From Squalus acanthias (taxonomy: Eukaryota), in the NCBI GenBank assembly GCA_030390025.1, contig CM059431.1, positions 143,718,001-143,782,000 on the forward strand: a stretch of 64,000 nt of DNA. Reading direction: 5' to 3'. A model generated the notes under the pieces. That model did no database searches and was not told the DNA's origin. It saw nothing but the letters and a program-made list of their open reading frames with translations. The translations under genes were made by a program, and so were the position numbers. Of this stretch, positions 37,013 through 50,469 are shown piece after piece (position 1 is the stretch's first letter; every line of letters begins with the position of its first letter).

Positions 37013-37422
37013 TATGAGAAGTCGCACAACACCAGGTTATAGTCCAACAGTTTTATTTGAAATTACAAGCTCAACCGGGATCTCGGGTTCATGTCACGCT
37101 ATAGAACGTGACTCGACATCGTTGTCTGTTTTTCCAGTTTTTAAAAAAAATAAAAAAGTTAAAAGCTTAACTGCAGACGGCAGCATTTGACACGTTGGAC
37201 CCCCTGTGACCCACCTCATTGTCTTAGCTGTACTCTGATGTGTCTTTGATGTAATACCTCCCTGACGGATTGTATCTCTGCAGACACATTGTTCTCTGTT
37301 TATATATACTGTGTAATCGATTTGTATTCCCTCACTGTACCTGACGAAGGAGCAGCGCTCCGAAAGCTCGTAATTTCAAATAAAACTGTTGGACTATAAC
37401 CTGGTGTTGTGCGACTTCTCAT
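37013..37422. mobile_element. Penelope-type element remnant with ~55-bp inverted termini
   Basis: atgagaagtcgcacaacaccaggttatagtccaacagttttatttgaaattac at the left end and its reverse complement at the right end, preceded by ctgacgaaggagcagcgctccgaaagctc. Confidence 0.8.
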
Positions 37423-38358
37423 TTTTATATATTTTATGTTAGTGAATAGATATTAACACATGTCTGACTTCTGATATTTAAGTTAAACCAGAGTCTAGTC
37501 CCTCGGCCCCTCGATCTGTCAGTCTGTGGCCCAGGTGATATCTAACATCGGGTCAATATCGTTGTGTGCTTGTTGTTCCAATCTAGTCATTAGCGATTAC
37601 AATGTATTATTGGTTCCCATCCCTTGATTTTTGACATCTGTTGAATACAGTGAAACTTCGCTATTTATTATACTAGAGTGAGGAAAGAAAGAGTAAAACT
37701 GCATATGGTGGGAATGTAAAAGAAAACAGAAAAAATTATAATGTACAGGAGGTCAGTCTGTATCTGGAAAATAATTTAATTACAAAAGAGTTACATCACA
37801 ACCAGCATGATCCAGATCAACCTATCCTCTCTCCGCTGCCGATCCTGCTTTGTATTTAGACCACTGTCGTTTTTAGGCCCAGAGTGGCTCAGATAATGGG
37901 CCCTGTCCATTTACTGTGGTGTAGCTTCCACTGGTTCACTGAACTTTCACAACTTGTTACTCATTGAGTGGGTGGGTAAATTTGCCACTTCACCTTCTTT
38001 ATTGGACACTCTCCAGTGTGTGTGAAATTCACCCTTCAGTGTGCAAATAACAGGAATAGCGATGGAACTGATTCTACACTAAATGCATTGCTTCAGCAAA
38101 TATTGATTCCTTATTTTGGGGAGGCAGTAAACATTTAAAATAAAGTTCCGATTCCATGGGTACACTATGCACAGGAACCTCCCCAATAGGATACTCTCCC
38201 TGGTTCACACCGGACAGTGGGCGTTGGTCCCTATCGAGCAGTGGGATCCATCCCAGCTGAACAAACCCTGTCCCCATCCTGAATCCACACATGTTCGCTT
38301 CCCAGCAGGGTCACTGGGCACTGATATTACCCAGGGTTCCCGCGCAGTATTACCCCAA

Positions 38359-38784
38359 ACCCAGGAATACTGAGTGAGATTGTCAGTGTCCCACTGCAGC
38401 CCAGACTGAGCCCCACCCTGGGCCCTTCCTGTCTGTGCATTTCCCCAGTGCCCCATTGGGGAACATTCAGCCCCGGATATCCTGCAGAAGCAGCGCTGTG
38501 GGGCCGGGCGGCTGAGTCTCGTGACCCTGTGGCTGGGCCTCTGACCTCACAATGGGAGATGACGCCTCACTGGGAGAGACACCCAGGAATACTGAGTGCA
38601 ATTGTCAGTGATCCACTGCAGCTCAGACTGAGCCCCACCCTGGGCCCTTCCTGTCTGTGCATTTCCCCAGTGCCCCATTGGGGAACATTCAGCCCCGGAT
38701 ATCCTGCAGAAGCAGCGCTGTGGGGCCGGGCGGCTGAGTCCCGTGACCCTGTGGCTGGGCCTCTGACCTCACAATGGGAGATGA
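38359..38784. repeat. Direct duplication of ~204 bp (period 222) downstream of the NLR stop
   Basis: 38359-38562 and 38581-38784 are nearly identical. Confidence 0.92.
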
Positions 38785-38925
38785 CATGCGCTCAGCTCGA
38801 GCTGGAAACACTTAAAGGGGCCGATAGGATTTAATCCTGAAGCACGGCCGCTTAAAGGGGAGGGGCAGAAAATCGGCCCACAATGGTCATATAATGAAAC
38901 CAGTGATGGTCATTATTTGAAATGT

Positions 38926-39347
38926 TCACACTTCCACACTCAGTCCGCGTCTTGTTCCCTTCAGCAATTCCAGCTGATTCTGTCCGGTTGAACTAAACCG
39001 ATTCTTCCACAGCCTCAAACAGATTAAAGATTAAACAGGAAATTAACAGAGTGAACAACAGTGTAAATAACAGGGAGACTGAGGTTAATATTTCAATAAT
39101 AATTACAGACAAATATTATCGATAGTGACTGAATCCCGTTTATATTTTATTTGACATTAAACATTAACACAAACACTCACACGATCCGCTCCAGACTCCT
39201 GCAGGTCAGTATGAGGCGGCGGAGAGCGGGGACAGATTGGTCTGTGAAGGAGTTTAACTCCAGGTTCAGAACCGTCAGTGACCGGTTTGTCCGAGAGCGG
39301 AGGCTAGATCCTCAGCACAAGAATCTGTGAGACGGGCATCATCCAAC
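38926..39347 (-). CDS. NLR last two exons (39181-39347 and 38926-39013)
   Basis: LDDARLTDSCAEDLASAL[1-nt deletion]TNRSLTVLNLELNSFTDQSVPALRRLILTCRSLERI, then LWKNRFSSTGQNQLELLKGTRRGLSVEV*. Confidence 0.8.
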
Positions 39348-39863
39348 CTGGGGATGAGAGAGAGAAATAACAGGAATCAGAGTGAATCCCCAGTGTTTAT
39401 TAGTAACAGTACTGCTGATTAATGTCAATGTGCGATGTTTATTAATAACACTATTACTGAAAAGAGAAGGAAAGAAAGGTAGAAAGAAGGAAGATAAAGA
39501 AAAGTAAAAGGAAGGAAGAAAGAAGAAGAAAGGAGGAAGGAATAGAAAAATAAAAAATAAACGAAAGAGAAAGGAAGGCCGGACTTGCATTCTATCACAG
39601 ATTTCACCACCTCAGGAAACCCCGAAGTGTTTGACAGCTATTGAAGTACTTCTGAAATGCCTCCACTGTTGTAATGTAGGAAACACGGCAGCCACATTGT
39701 GAACAGCAAACTCCCACAAACAGCAACCTAATAATGACCAGATTACCTGTTGTACTGATGTTGGTTCCAGCTTTGTCGGATAGTCCTGCTGTCTTCAAAG
39801 TAAGTACACCCCCATGTCTCTCAATCCCTGCACCCCCTTTATTTTTATTAGTCTGGTACTTAC

Positions 39864-40034
39864 CGCAGTCTCTGTATTTTACAGTCCGGGTTCTTCAGAG
39901 CCGCACACAGTAGTTTCACTCCTGAATCTCGCAGTTTATTTGTACCAAGGTCCAGCTCCGTCAGTGACCGGTTTGTACTGAGAGCGTCGGCGAGATCCTT
40001 GGTGCAAACAGCTCAGAGACCATTATCATACAGC
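39864..40034 (-). CDS. NLR LRR exon (171 nt) with in-frame stop
   Basis: [64 protein letters not shown]. Confidence 0.88.
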
Positions 40035-40345
40035 CTAGGGATCAGTAAAAAATAAAGAGAGAAATATAAATAACAGATAATACAAATTATATACAGTGTT
40101 TATTAATAACTATTACTGTTATACAGTGTACATTTAATGCTATTAAGGGTTTATAAATAAACATACTGATGTTAATAAAAACTCTACGTTATCATTAGTA
40201 TAAGTAATAGTCTTAAAAATGAAAACTGTCCATGAAAGGAATAATGTGCAGTTTTTATTAATAACACTATTACTGATACTAATAATAAGTACAGTGTTAG
40301 ACATCCAGTTATTATAAACACAATCTCACAGAGTTTGGTACTTAC

Positions 40346-40516
40346 TGCAGTTTCTGTATTTTGCAGTCTGGGTTCTTCAGAGCTGCAGACAATAGTTTCA
40401 CTCCTGAATCTCCCAATTTGTTAGTACCCAGGTCCAGAACCATCAGTGACCGGTTTATACTGAGAGCGGAGGCGAGATCCCCGGCACAGGAAGCGGTGAG
40501 ATCATTTTCATCCAGT
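40346..40516 (-). CDS. NLR LRR exon (171 nt)
   Basis: [65 protein letters not shown], a ribonuclease-inhibitor-type LRR pair. Confidence 0.93.
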
Positions 40517-40789
40517 CTGGAGATAAGAGAGGTAGTGGAAATCATAATAGGGCGGTCTTAACGACTTTAAATTAGCAAATAGGGGAGGGCTGAAGTGGAA
40601 ATTGTGGTACCAATAATAGTTAAAAAAAAAACGAAAGGGAAGAGAGAAGAGAACAGTCAGAAATCGTACTTTAGGTAAAGGGAAAACTAAAATATATAAA
40701 TTGATTAAACCAGGAGACAGAAATAAGAAACATGTGAGTATAACATTCGAGCTGAAGGAAAGGTTAGGGAGGGTGGCGCAAAAAAGCGG

Positions 40790-43700
40790 TCATTATACAA
40801 ATGCACGGAGTATAAACAATTAATTGAATGAACTGGAAGTTGAAATTAAACTTGGACGTTATGACATGGCTGCAAGACGTTCAGGACTAGAAACTAAAAT
40901 ATACTTGGTTATAAGCTCTACAGCAAAGACAGGAAACATGGTAGAGGAGGTGTGTTAGCCTTAGTGATTAAGGATGAAATCATATCAATGAAGAGAGAGG
41001 TCAGCAGACACTGGGGACTTTATTGGAATAATTAAGATATAGGAAAGGATTTGAAACTGTAGTGGGACTTGTGTAGCGTCCCCCTGGTAGCAGCTGTGAA
41101 GTGCTAGATTGTATAAATGCAGAGTTAAGAGACGCGTGGAGCAAAGGCAGAGTGGTTTTAATGGGGGACTTCAACTTTTATATCGATTAGAATAAGCAAA
41201 CTGCAGCTGTCAGAAAGGTAGTGAATTTCTTGAGTGTGTCTGGGAAAGTTTTCTACAAAAATATGTTCTCGAACCAAAAAGTGGACAGGCTTAGATTTAA
41301 TAATGAGCCAGATTAGTTAACAGTCTAACGGTGTGTGATCATTTATCCAATTGCAATCATAACATGATCGAGTTTAACGTAGTGTTTGAACGGAGAAACG
41401 CGAAACAGCTACTAAAATTCAGATTTCCAGCTTCCGCAGTATTTTGCTATTGTACTAAAATTCTAGGTTTAGGTGAGGCCGACATCAACGGGCTGAGACC
41501 GAGACTCTCACAGTAAACTGGACAAATCTGTTAATGGGTAAAACGACAGAGGCTCCGTGGGACATCTTAAAAAATAATTTAACATGATGCAGAATCAGAC
41601 TTATTACATGAGGGGCAAGGATCTAAAGAGGTAAGAGACAGCAAACTAAAATAAAACACATACAATAATGCAAAAAAGCACAGGTCCAGGTGAATGTGAA
41701 AGATACAAAGAACAGCAAAGGGCAGCAAAACAGAGAGTAAGAGCTACAAAAGGAGATGATGAAAAGAAACTTGCAAGGGATATCAAAATCAACACAAATC
41801 ATTTTTACAATTACATAAGGGAAAAGAGGGTAGTCAGGAGCAATGTTTGCCCCTTGAAAACTGATATCGGTGATATCGTCTATGATAAGGAAATGGCGGA
41901 CATGTTGAATAATTACTTTGCGTCAGTATTTACAGTAGACGAAGAGATAGTATGCCGAACATCCCAAGGAGACTAATATTGAATCAGGGACAAGGACTGA
42001 ATAAAATTAACGCAAGCAAAATAGCAGTAATGAAGATGATAATGGCAATAAAGATTGACAAATCCCCAAGACCAGATGCTTTCCATCGCAGGGATTAATG
42101 GAAACACGTGAGCAGATTGTACATGCCATAACTATAATCTTCCACAGTTCTCTAGATTCATGAACCGTCCCTTTAGATTGGAAATTTATGCATGTCATTC
42201 CGCTATTTAGAATGGTGAGAAATTGAAACCAAGGAATTATAGACCAGTTAGTCTAACATCAGATGTCAGGAAATGACTGGAGTCTATAACTAAGAATAGG
42301 GTGACTGAACACCTTTGAACATTTTCAGCTGATCAGAGATATCCCCCATGGGTTTGTGAAAGGTCGGTCATGCATGACAAACCTGCCTGAATTTTTTGAA
42401 GAGGTGCCTAAAGTAGTGGACAGGGGCATGTCTATGGATGTTGTTCACATGGACGACCAGAAGGAATTTAATAAAGTCCCGCAGAAGAGACTGCTAACGA
42501 AGGCGGAAGAGCACGAAATTGAAGGTCAATTATTGACATGGTTAGGAATTGGCTGAGCGGCAGGAAAACGAGAGTAGGGACAATGGACAGGTGCTACCCT
42601 TTGCAGGATGTGACTAGTGGTGTCCCGCAAGAATCTGTTTTGGGCCTCAACTTTCACAGTATTTATTAACGACTTAGATGATGACATAGAAAGCCATTTA
42701 TCCAAATCTGCTGATAACAGAAAGATAGGTGGTATTGTGGCAGTGAGATTAAAGCATTACATTGCAATGGCGTATTGACAGATTAAGTGAATGGGCAAAA
42801 CTGTTGCAAATGGATTTCAATGTAGGCAAATACGAGGATATCCACTTTGGGCGTAAAAAAGAATAGACTTTCTAAATGATAAAACGCTAAAAGCAGCGGA
42901 GGTCGAAAAAGACTTGGGGTCCAGCTACATAGATCAATAAATGTCACGAACAGGTACAGACAATAATCAAAAAGACTGATGGACTGCTAGCCCTTATGTC
43001 TAGAGGACGTAAGGATGAGAAAACAAGGTTCAGTTGGGTCGATTGAGGGGTACAAGGTAGCAAGGAATGAGCTAAAAAAAGAGCTTAGGAGAGCTAGGAG
43101 GGGGCATGAGAAGTCCTTGGCGGGTCGGATCAAGAAAAACCCCAAGGCTTTTTACTCTTATGTGAGAAATAAAAGAATGACCAGGGTGAGGGTAGGGCCG
43201 GTCAAGGACAGTAGTGGGAACTTGTGCATGGAGTCAGAAGAGATAGGAGAGGTGATGAATGAATACTTTTCGTCAGTGTTCACCGAGGAGAGGGGCCATG
43301 TTCTTGAGGATGAGAGTGTGATAAAGGTGGATAGGCTGGAGGTGGTAGATGTTCTGAGGGAAGATGTTTTAGCAATTTTGAAGAACCTGAGGGTCGATAA
43401 GTCCCCTGGGCCAGATGGGATATATCCTAGGATTCTTTGGGAGGCAAGGGAGGAGATTGCAGAGCCTCTGGCTTTGATCTTTGGGTCCTCACTGTCCACG
43501 GGGATGGTGCCAGAGGACTGGAGAGTGGCGAATGTTGTTCCTCTCTTCAAGAAAGGAAATAGGAATGACCCTGGTAATTATAGGCCGGTTAGTCTTACTT
43601 CGGTGGTTGGTAAGATAATGGAAAAGGTCCTGAGGGATAGGATTTATGACCATTTGGAAAGGGGCAACTTAATCAGGGATAGTCAACACGGATTCGTGAA

Positions 43701-45555
43701 GGGTAAGTCTTGCCTAACAAATTTGATTGAATTCTTTGAGGAGGTAACTAAGTGTGTAGATGAAGGTAGAGCAGTTGATGTCGTATACATGGATTTTAGT
43801 AAGGCGTTTGATAAGGTTCCCCATGGTCGTCTCATGAAGAAAGTAAGGAGTTGTGGGATAGAGGGAAATTTGGCCGATTGGATAAGTAACTGGCTATCTC
43901 ATAGAAGGCAGAGGGTGGTGGTGGATGGAACATTTTCGGACTGGAGACCAGTTACCAGCGGTGTGCCACAGGGGTCGGTGCTGGGTCCTCTGCTGTTTGT
44001 GATTTTTATCAATGACTTGGAGGAGGGGACTGAAGGGTGGATCAGTAAATTTGCTGATGACACCAAGATTGGTGGAGTAGTGGATGAGGTGGAGGGCAGT
44101 TGTAGGCTGCAAAGAGACATTGATAGGATGCAGAGCTGGGCCGAAAAATGGCAGATGGAATTTAACCCTGATAAGTGCGAGGTGATTCATTTTGGTAGGG
44201 CAAATTTGAATAAGGATTACAGGGTCAACGGCAGGGTTCTGAGGAACGTGGAGGAGCAGAGGGATCTGGGGGTTCATATCCACAGATCTCTGAAGGTTGC
44301 CACTCAAGTGGATAGAGCAGTAAAGAAGGCCTATGGTGTGTTGGCGTTTATTAACAGAGGGTTTGAGTTTAAGAACCGGGAGGTTATGCTGCAACTGTAC
44401 AGGACCTTGGTGAGACCACATTTGGAATATTGTGTGCAGTTCTGGTCACCTCACTATAGGAAGGACGTGGAAGCATTGGAAAGAGTGCAAAGGAGATTTA
44501 CCAGGATGCTGCCTGGTTTGGGGGGAAGGTCTCATGAGGAAAGATTGAGGGAGTTGGGGCTTTTCTCTTTAGAGCGGAGGAGGATGAGAGGCGACTTAAT
44601 AGAGGTTTATAAGATGATGAGGGGGATAGATAGAGTGGATGTTCAGAGACTATTTCCTCGGGTAGAGGCAGCTGTTACAAGGGGGCATAACTATAAGGTG
44701 CATGGGGGGAGATATAGAAGGGATGTCCGAGGTAGATTCTTTACTCAGAGAGTGGTTGGGGTGTGGAATGGACTGCCTGCTGTGATAGTGGAGTCGGACA
44801 CTTTAGGAACTTTCAAGCGGTTATTGGATAAGCACATGGAGCACACCAGAGTGATAGGGAGTGTGATAGCTTGATCTTGGTCTCGGACAATGCTCGGCAC
44901 AACATCGAGGGCCGAAGGGCCTGTACTGTGCTGTACTCTTCTATGTTCTATGTATGACTAGAGTACAAGGGGATAGAAGTTATGTTGCAGCTATACAAAG
45001 CCCTGGTTATACCACACCTAGTGTTACTGTGAACAGTTATGGGCCCCACATCTTAGAAAGGATGTATTGGCCTTGGAGGGAGTTGGCGTAGGTTTACCAG
45101 AATGATACCCGGATCCCAAGGGTTTAATTACGAGGAGAGATTAAAAAATAGGGTTGTATTCCCTAGAATGTAGAAGGTGATTTGATCGAAGTCTTCAAGA
45201 TATTAAGGGGAACAGATGTTGTAGCGAGAGAGACACTAATTCCACTGGTTGGGGGAATCTCGGCCAAGGAGGCATCATCTAAAAAATAGAACCAGATCTT
45301 TCAGGAGTGAAATTAGGAAACACTTCGACACAACAATGATGGCAGAAGTTTGAAACTCTCTTCCACAAACAGCAATTGATGTTAGATCAATTCTTAGTTT
45401 TAAATCTGAGATTGATATAATTCCGTTAACCAAATGTTTAGGGATGTGGGCCAAAGGTGGGTATATGGAGTTAGGTCGCAGATAAGCCATGATCTCATTG
45501 AATGGCGGATCAGGCTCGACGGGCTAAATGGGCTGCTCCTATTCCTCTGTTTCTA
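40790..45555 (+). mobile_element. Old near full-length CR1 ORF2 (endonuclease + RT), split by a younger CR1 at 43010-44955
   Basis: Degenerate NARS, GGGV, MGDFN and HNMIEF endonuclease remnants plus RT remnants. The host sequence rejoins across the insert (tctagaggac...tagagtacaagggg). Confidence 0.85.
43010..44955 (+). mobile_element. Young 5'-truncated CR1 LINE with uninterrupted 619-aa RT ORF
   Basis: ORF 43015-44874 has [38 protein letters not shown] and KFADDTK, and ends in a (ttctatgt)n tail. Confidence 0.97.
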
Positions 45556-45759
45556 AAGAGAAACAGAGAGAGTGGGTGGGGTGGGTGGGACAGAAAAAGA
45601 AATCACATCAAACAAGGTAAATAATCAATGATTATTAACACTATTACTTATATTGTAATAATGTAGTGTTTCTTAATAACACTATTACTGATACTAATAA
45701 TAATGTACAGTGTTAGACATCCAGTTATTATAAACACAATCTCACAGTCTGATACTTAC

Positions 45760-45846
45760 CGCAGTTCCTGTATTTTACAGTCCGGGTTCCTCAGAGCCTC
45801 AGACAGTAGTTTCATTCCCGAATCTCCCAGTTTGTTGCTCTCCAAT
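45760..45846 (-). CDS. NLR LRR exon (87 nt)
   Basis: [37 protein letters not shown]. Confidence 0.9.
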
Positions 45847-47008
45847 CTAAAGACAAACAGACAGAGAATGAGAAACAAACTGAATCAAAACGTGGATTAA
45901 AATTTTCTCTCTCGGATATTACTGAACACATTGAAGAAACTTCAAGAAATTAATCAATAGATTTTCCTGTCACTGGGAATGAATCTCACTCTGTCCAACT
46001 CCCCATATATTCAGGGACTGTCAATAAATGTATTTGTTGAATAAAGTGCTGTCTGTGTGAAGCCTTTAAATGTCCCTCAGTCTGGTCTCATTCCCTGATG
46101 ATCAGAATTACCCTCCTGGAGCTCAGTGATCGGCTTCGTCAAGTTGGGGAAACATGTCTCATTTCTGCTGCTCCTTAAATCCAGGATTTTATGGGAATGG
46201 GGCGATTTTCCCCGAATTAAATGATAAAGTGGTGATTCTCTGTACTTTATACTCTGTGCATTATATTAATCTGAATAATATCTCGGGGTGTTATATTGCG
46301 AAACGCTAACAGCTGCTGTAAAATCCGGCCCCCAGGATTTTATAACAAGGAGAGTTTATTCTGTCCCGTTACAAGTTTTAAATGTCCCTGTGCTCCTAGT
46401 TTATTGGGGAGGAGAGTCTCTCACTTCATTCCCCATTAAACTGGCTCTGCATTTATTTCAGGTGTAACTGGCCCAACAGTTTTGGGGAATTTTCGGAAGT
46501 TCCCTCCCGGAGCGGGGCCTCACAAACAGGGGGCGGATTATGGGGAATTCCCGGGTTCACTGCCCCCGGTTTACCCAGGAGCCGCCCACTGTGTGCGAGG
46601 CCCCACCGCTGGCCGGTGTGTGTCTGTACTCCAGGGCTAATACCCCACAACACGTTAGATTGGAACCTTTTCACTGAAGTGTCGGTCTGGATTACCACCG
46701 TTGGGCCCGTATCCACGACCTTCTGTCGCAAAGACGCAAGTGCTGCGCGAAGACTCTTCTGTTTCAGGTGACCTGCATTTGCTGGTCCGATCAAGAGTAT
46801 AACATCCGTACATGTTCACAAGCATCAATTTTAGATTCTCCAGTAATCAGGGAATTACTAACCATCCTCTTATTATTGGTCATATTTGTGTTGAATCTGC
46901 TTCTCTCTGGTTTAACTGAACTGTTTGTTTCCCTTCATTACAGAGCAACAACACAATCCGTGACTGTTCTACAATTCGCCCAACAGTTAGAGACAAATAA
47001 ACAGTTAC

Positions 47009-48781
47009 CTCAACACCTGGCATTTGTGCAGTTCGGGTCCCAGCCGCTGGAGTCCTTCACACTGAATGCAGCACTCCCGTAAATCGAGGTGTTTTATTGT
47101 ATCACAGAGTCCAAGTACATGCGAGAGGGCCACACAGTCAATCGGAGTCAGTGTCATGCCACTAAATGCAAGCGCTTCCACAGATCCCACTGTTATCCGA
47201 GCCAGTGCTTTATTCTGAGACTCAAACAGGTAGTGGAATGTGTTCAGGAGGTTCCTTTTACCAGTTTCACTCTCTGTGTTTCCAATCTGTCCTTCAACCT
47301 TCTCCTTCACCCAGTCAATCACTCGGCAGGTGGTTTGATGAAGAAATGGCCCCAGAAACTCCTCCAGGGGCCGGGCTGCCTGTGGAGAGGAGAGACCAGC
47401 AACAAAACGCAGAAATATCTCAAATCGCCCATCTTCCTTGCTGTGGGCTTCTCTGAGGAGTTTCAGGATGTCCCCGGGATCTGGAGTCAGGAATTGTGTC
47501 GAGTGCGGCTACAAACTCTTGGATGGTGAGGTGCGGGAATGTGTACACCACGCTCTGGGCAGAATCATCTCTCTCCAAAAGTTCCATCATGAACCCAGAC
47601 AGGAACTGGGAAGGTTGCAGATTGTACTTGATCAAATCTCCATTTCTAAACACTATCTTCTTCTCGGAGACTCCTGTGAAGGCCATCTCACCAAGCTTCA
47701 GTAACACATCACGGGGGCTTTCAATCTCTCGACCGTGGTTTTTCAGAATGTTGTAGATATAGTAGGAATATAGTTGGGTGATGGTCTTGGGAACTCGCTG
47801 CTGATTCCTGTCTCTTTGTGTGAAGAAGGGGCCCAGTGCCAGACCGAGGATGAAGCAGTAGGAAGGGTTGTAGCTCATGGTGTACAGGATCTCGTTCTCC
47901 TCCACGTGTTTGAAAACAGCTGCTGCCACCGTCTGATCTTCAAAAAACTTGTTGAAATATTCCTTCTGTTCTTCACCAACAAATCCCAGGATTTCAGCCC
48001 AGACACTGATCTCAGCCTTTTCCAATAAATGTAATGCAGTGGGGCGGCTGGTCACTAGCACTGAACATCCTGGGAGCAGCTTGTGCTGTATTAAACTGTA
48101 CACAATGTCAGACACTTCACACCAGTCTTCGGGATCTGTGCACATGTGCTGAGGTTCTGTGTATCTCCGATTGTCAGCAAAATCGATACTGTCCTTGAAT
48201 TCATCCAGACCATCGAATATAAACAGCAGTCCCTCTGGGTTCTTCCAGAGCTCTCCCAGAATATTCCCAAAGTAAGGATACAGATCCAGTATCAGATTCC
48301 TCAGGTTTATTCCACAGTTAATAGCGTTCAAATCCCGGAATTTAAAGCTGAAAACAAATTGAAAGTGTGGGTATATTTTCCCAGTGGCCCAGTCATGAAC
48401 AATCTTTTGTACCATTGTTGTTTTTCCAATCCCTGGGACTCCGCTCACTGCTGCTGAACTCCCAGAATTGGATTGCCGGAAGAAACTCTGAATTTTCTGG
48501 AACAAACCTCCTCTCCGGAAAAACTGCTCTGGAACAATTGATCAGTTCGGATTTTTTCCAGCTCTCTCGGAGATGTTGCTCTCTCCACTCTTCATGGTCT
48601 CGGCCTCTTGCCAGCAGTTCATGTTCTACAAGTGTCCGATCTCGAACACTAGAAATGACCGTTAGCTCAGCGTATCGATCAACCAGCTGGAAGACCTTAA
48701 CCTTCTCCTTTATTAGGATAGTGTTCACTCTCAGTGTTTCAGTTTGTACCCGGAGTGTTTCCTTGTGTTTCTGTTGAACAT
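47009..48781 (-). CDS. NLR NACHT exon (frameshifted)
   Basis: Walker A GVPGIGKTT, Walker B LLFIFDGLDE, sensor VLVTSRP and winged-helix YTFPHLTIQEFVAA. The frame changes near 48565, 48515 and 47500. Confidence 0.95.
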
Positions 48782-50469
48782 CTTCAATTAGAAGAGACAG
48801 AAAGTGGTTCTCAATGTTAGTTGTATTGACAAAAAAACAACTTCTCAACACCCCTTTATTATTCATTGAAATGTTGCAAGTATGAATTTGCAGCTTTAAT
48901 AGACGTGTGGATAGAAATTAAACTCAGTTAATGGAAACCTGGCTTTAAAGTGAGCAATGGCTGAGAAAAATTTCAAATCCTCACTTGATTCTAACATTCA
49001 CTGAAGATGGAGATTACTATGAAGGTGATTTTTTCCCTCTGATGGTTAATACTGTCCGACCTGCCCTGTGCTATAGAAATCTCATTATAAAGCCACACAT
49101 GATCCTGGTTATATGACAGCAGTGGTTCTGGTGGATCAATATGTGAAACGGTCAGTGGAGCTTCCCTTCTGCCGCAATGGATTGGTTGCTCATCGAGAGG
49201 GGCAATGTGCAAAAGATCCACTGTTACTCTATCCGGCCTTGGGCAGGTTATCTGGGTTGGTGTGGGCACTGGGAGAGGGACAGACTGTGAATGTACAGAA
49301 GTTCCACCGATAGTGTGTCAGGTCCTGGGCAGGATATCTAGGTTATTGAGGACACTGGGAGAGGGTCAGACTGTGAAAGGAGAGAACTTCCACCGTTAGT
49401 GTGTCAGGTCCTTTGTGTGCTTCTAATTACCTAATCACAGGAAGAATGTTATTGCAATGGTGAAGATGCAGAGAGAAATAAGATGATTAAGCCACAATTA
49501 AGGCAGAGAAAAGGGTGCGGTGTTAGATTTGGTTCATTTGTAATTAGAGACTTTGGATATTGAATTATTGATCAGAAATTCTAACGGAATTCACAAAATT
49601 AATGCCGGAATGAGAAAAATAATGATCACAATTAAAAAAAAGAGAAAACTGACACTAAGACGCCAGGAGTAAGAAGGGAAGTCCGGGTAATCTTTTTCAC
49701 CAAAGGGTAATAGAGCGGGAGACCAGTTACCAGGGAGGACACTAAGGGGCATTGTAATAGTGGAAAGAGACAATTGGTTGTGTTTCTGTGGATACTCAGA
49801 GGAGGGGCAGGTGGGCTCATCTCTAACAGGGACAGACTTGTTTGGACCAAAGTGACCTTTTGTTCCCCTAAACATCCTCCTGTTGTGTTTCAGAAAATGT
49901 GAACAGTTTTGCAGTAATTTTACACCTATATTATTTTTATATAACTGTCTCGTCAGAAAACCGATCAGAATCAAAAATAGAACTACCGCCCACTTCACTC
50001 AGTATTACGTCACGGAAGACAGAGTTAATTTCAACAGTTACAATTATTACATTCCATCGTTTCATTTGGATACGAGTTTCCTACAATGTAGTTTTGAAAA
50101 TTACAAATATGTTTCTGATAATCAGTAAATTGGGAATCAAAAGCCTCCTGAATGAAAGGACGCTTCCTTCAATACAACAAGTTTCTCTGTGCCTAGTTTG
50201 TCTGTTTCACTGCCAGTGTGAATCGGTCCAATCAGTTTCTAATTACCCATAACATTGCCTTTATCTCATGTACCTCCTCGGTTAATGTTTGATTGAGTGA
50301 ACATCTGTAGAGCTTCTCAGATTGGATTGAACACTATCAGACGGTTCATGACGTGAGGCACAATGGTAATACTTAAATCTTTCCCATTTCTCGGCCACTC
50401 TTCCGACAGTTTGTGCTGGATAGAAACCCAGGGGCAGAGTAACTTCCACATCAGGCTCAAGGACCTATG

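Noticed and set aside
43015..44874. 619-aa reverse transcriptase as a host or defence gene
   Set aside because: It is an ordinary 5'-truncated CR1 ORF2 with a CR1 3' tail, inserted in another LINE.
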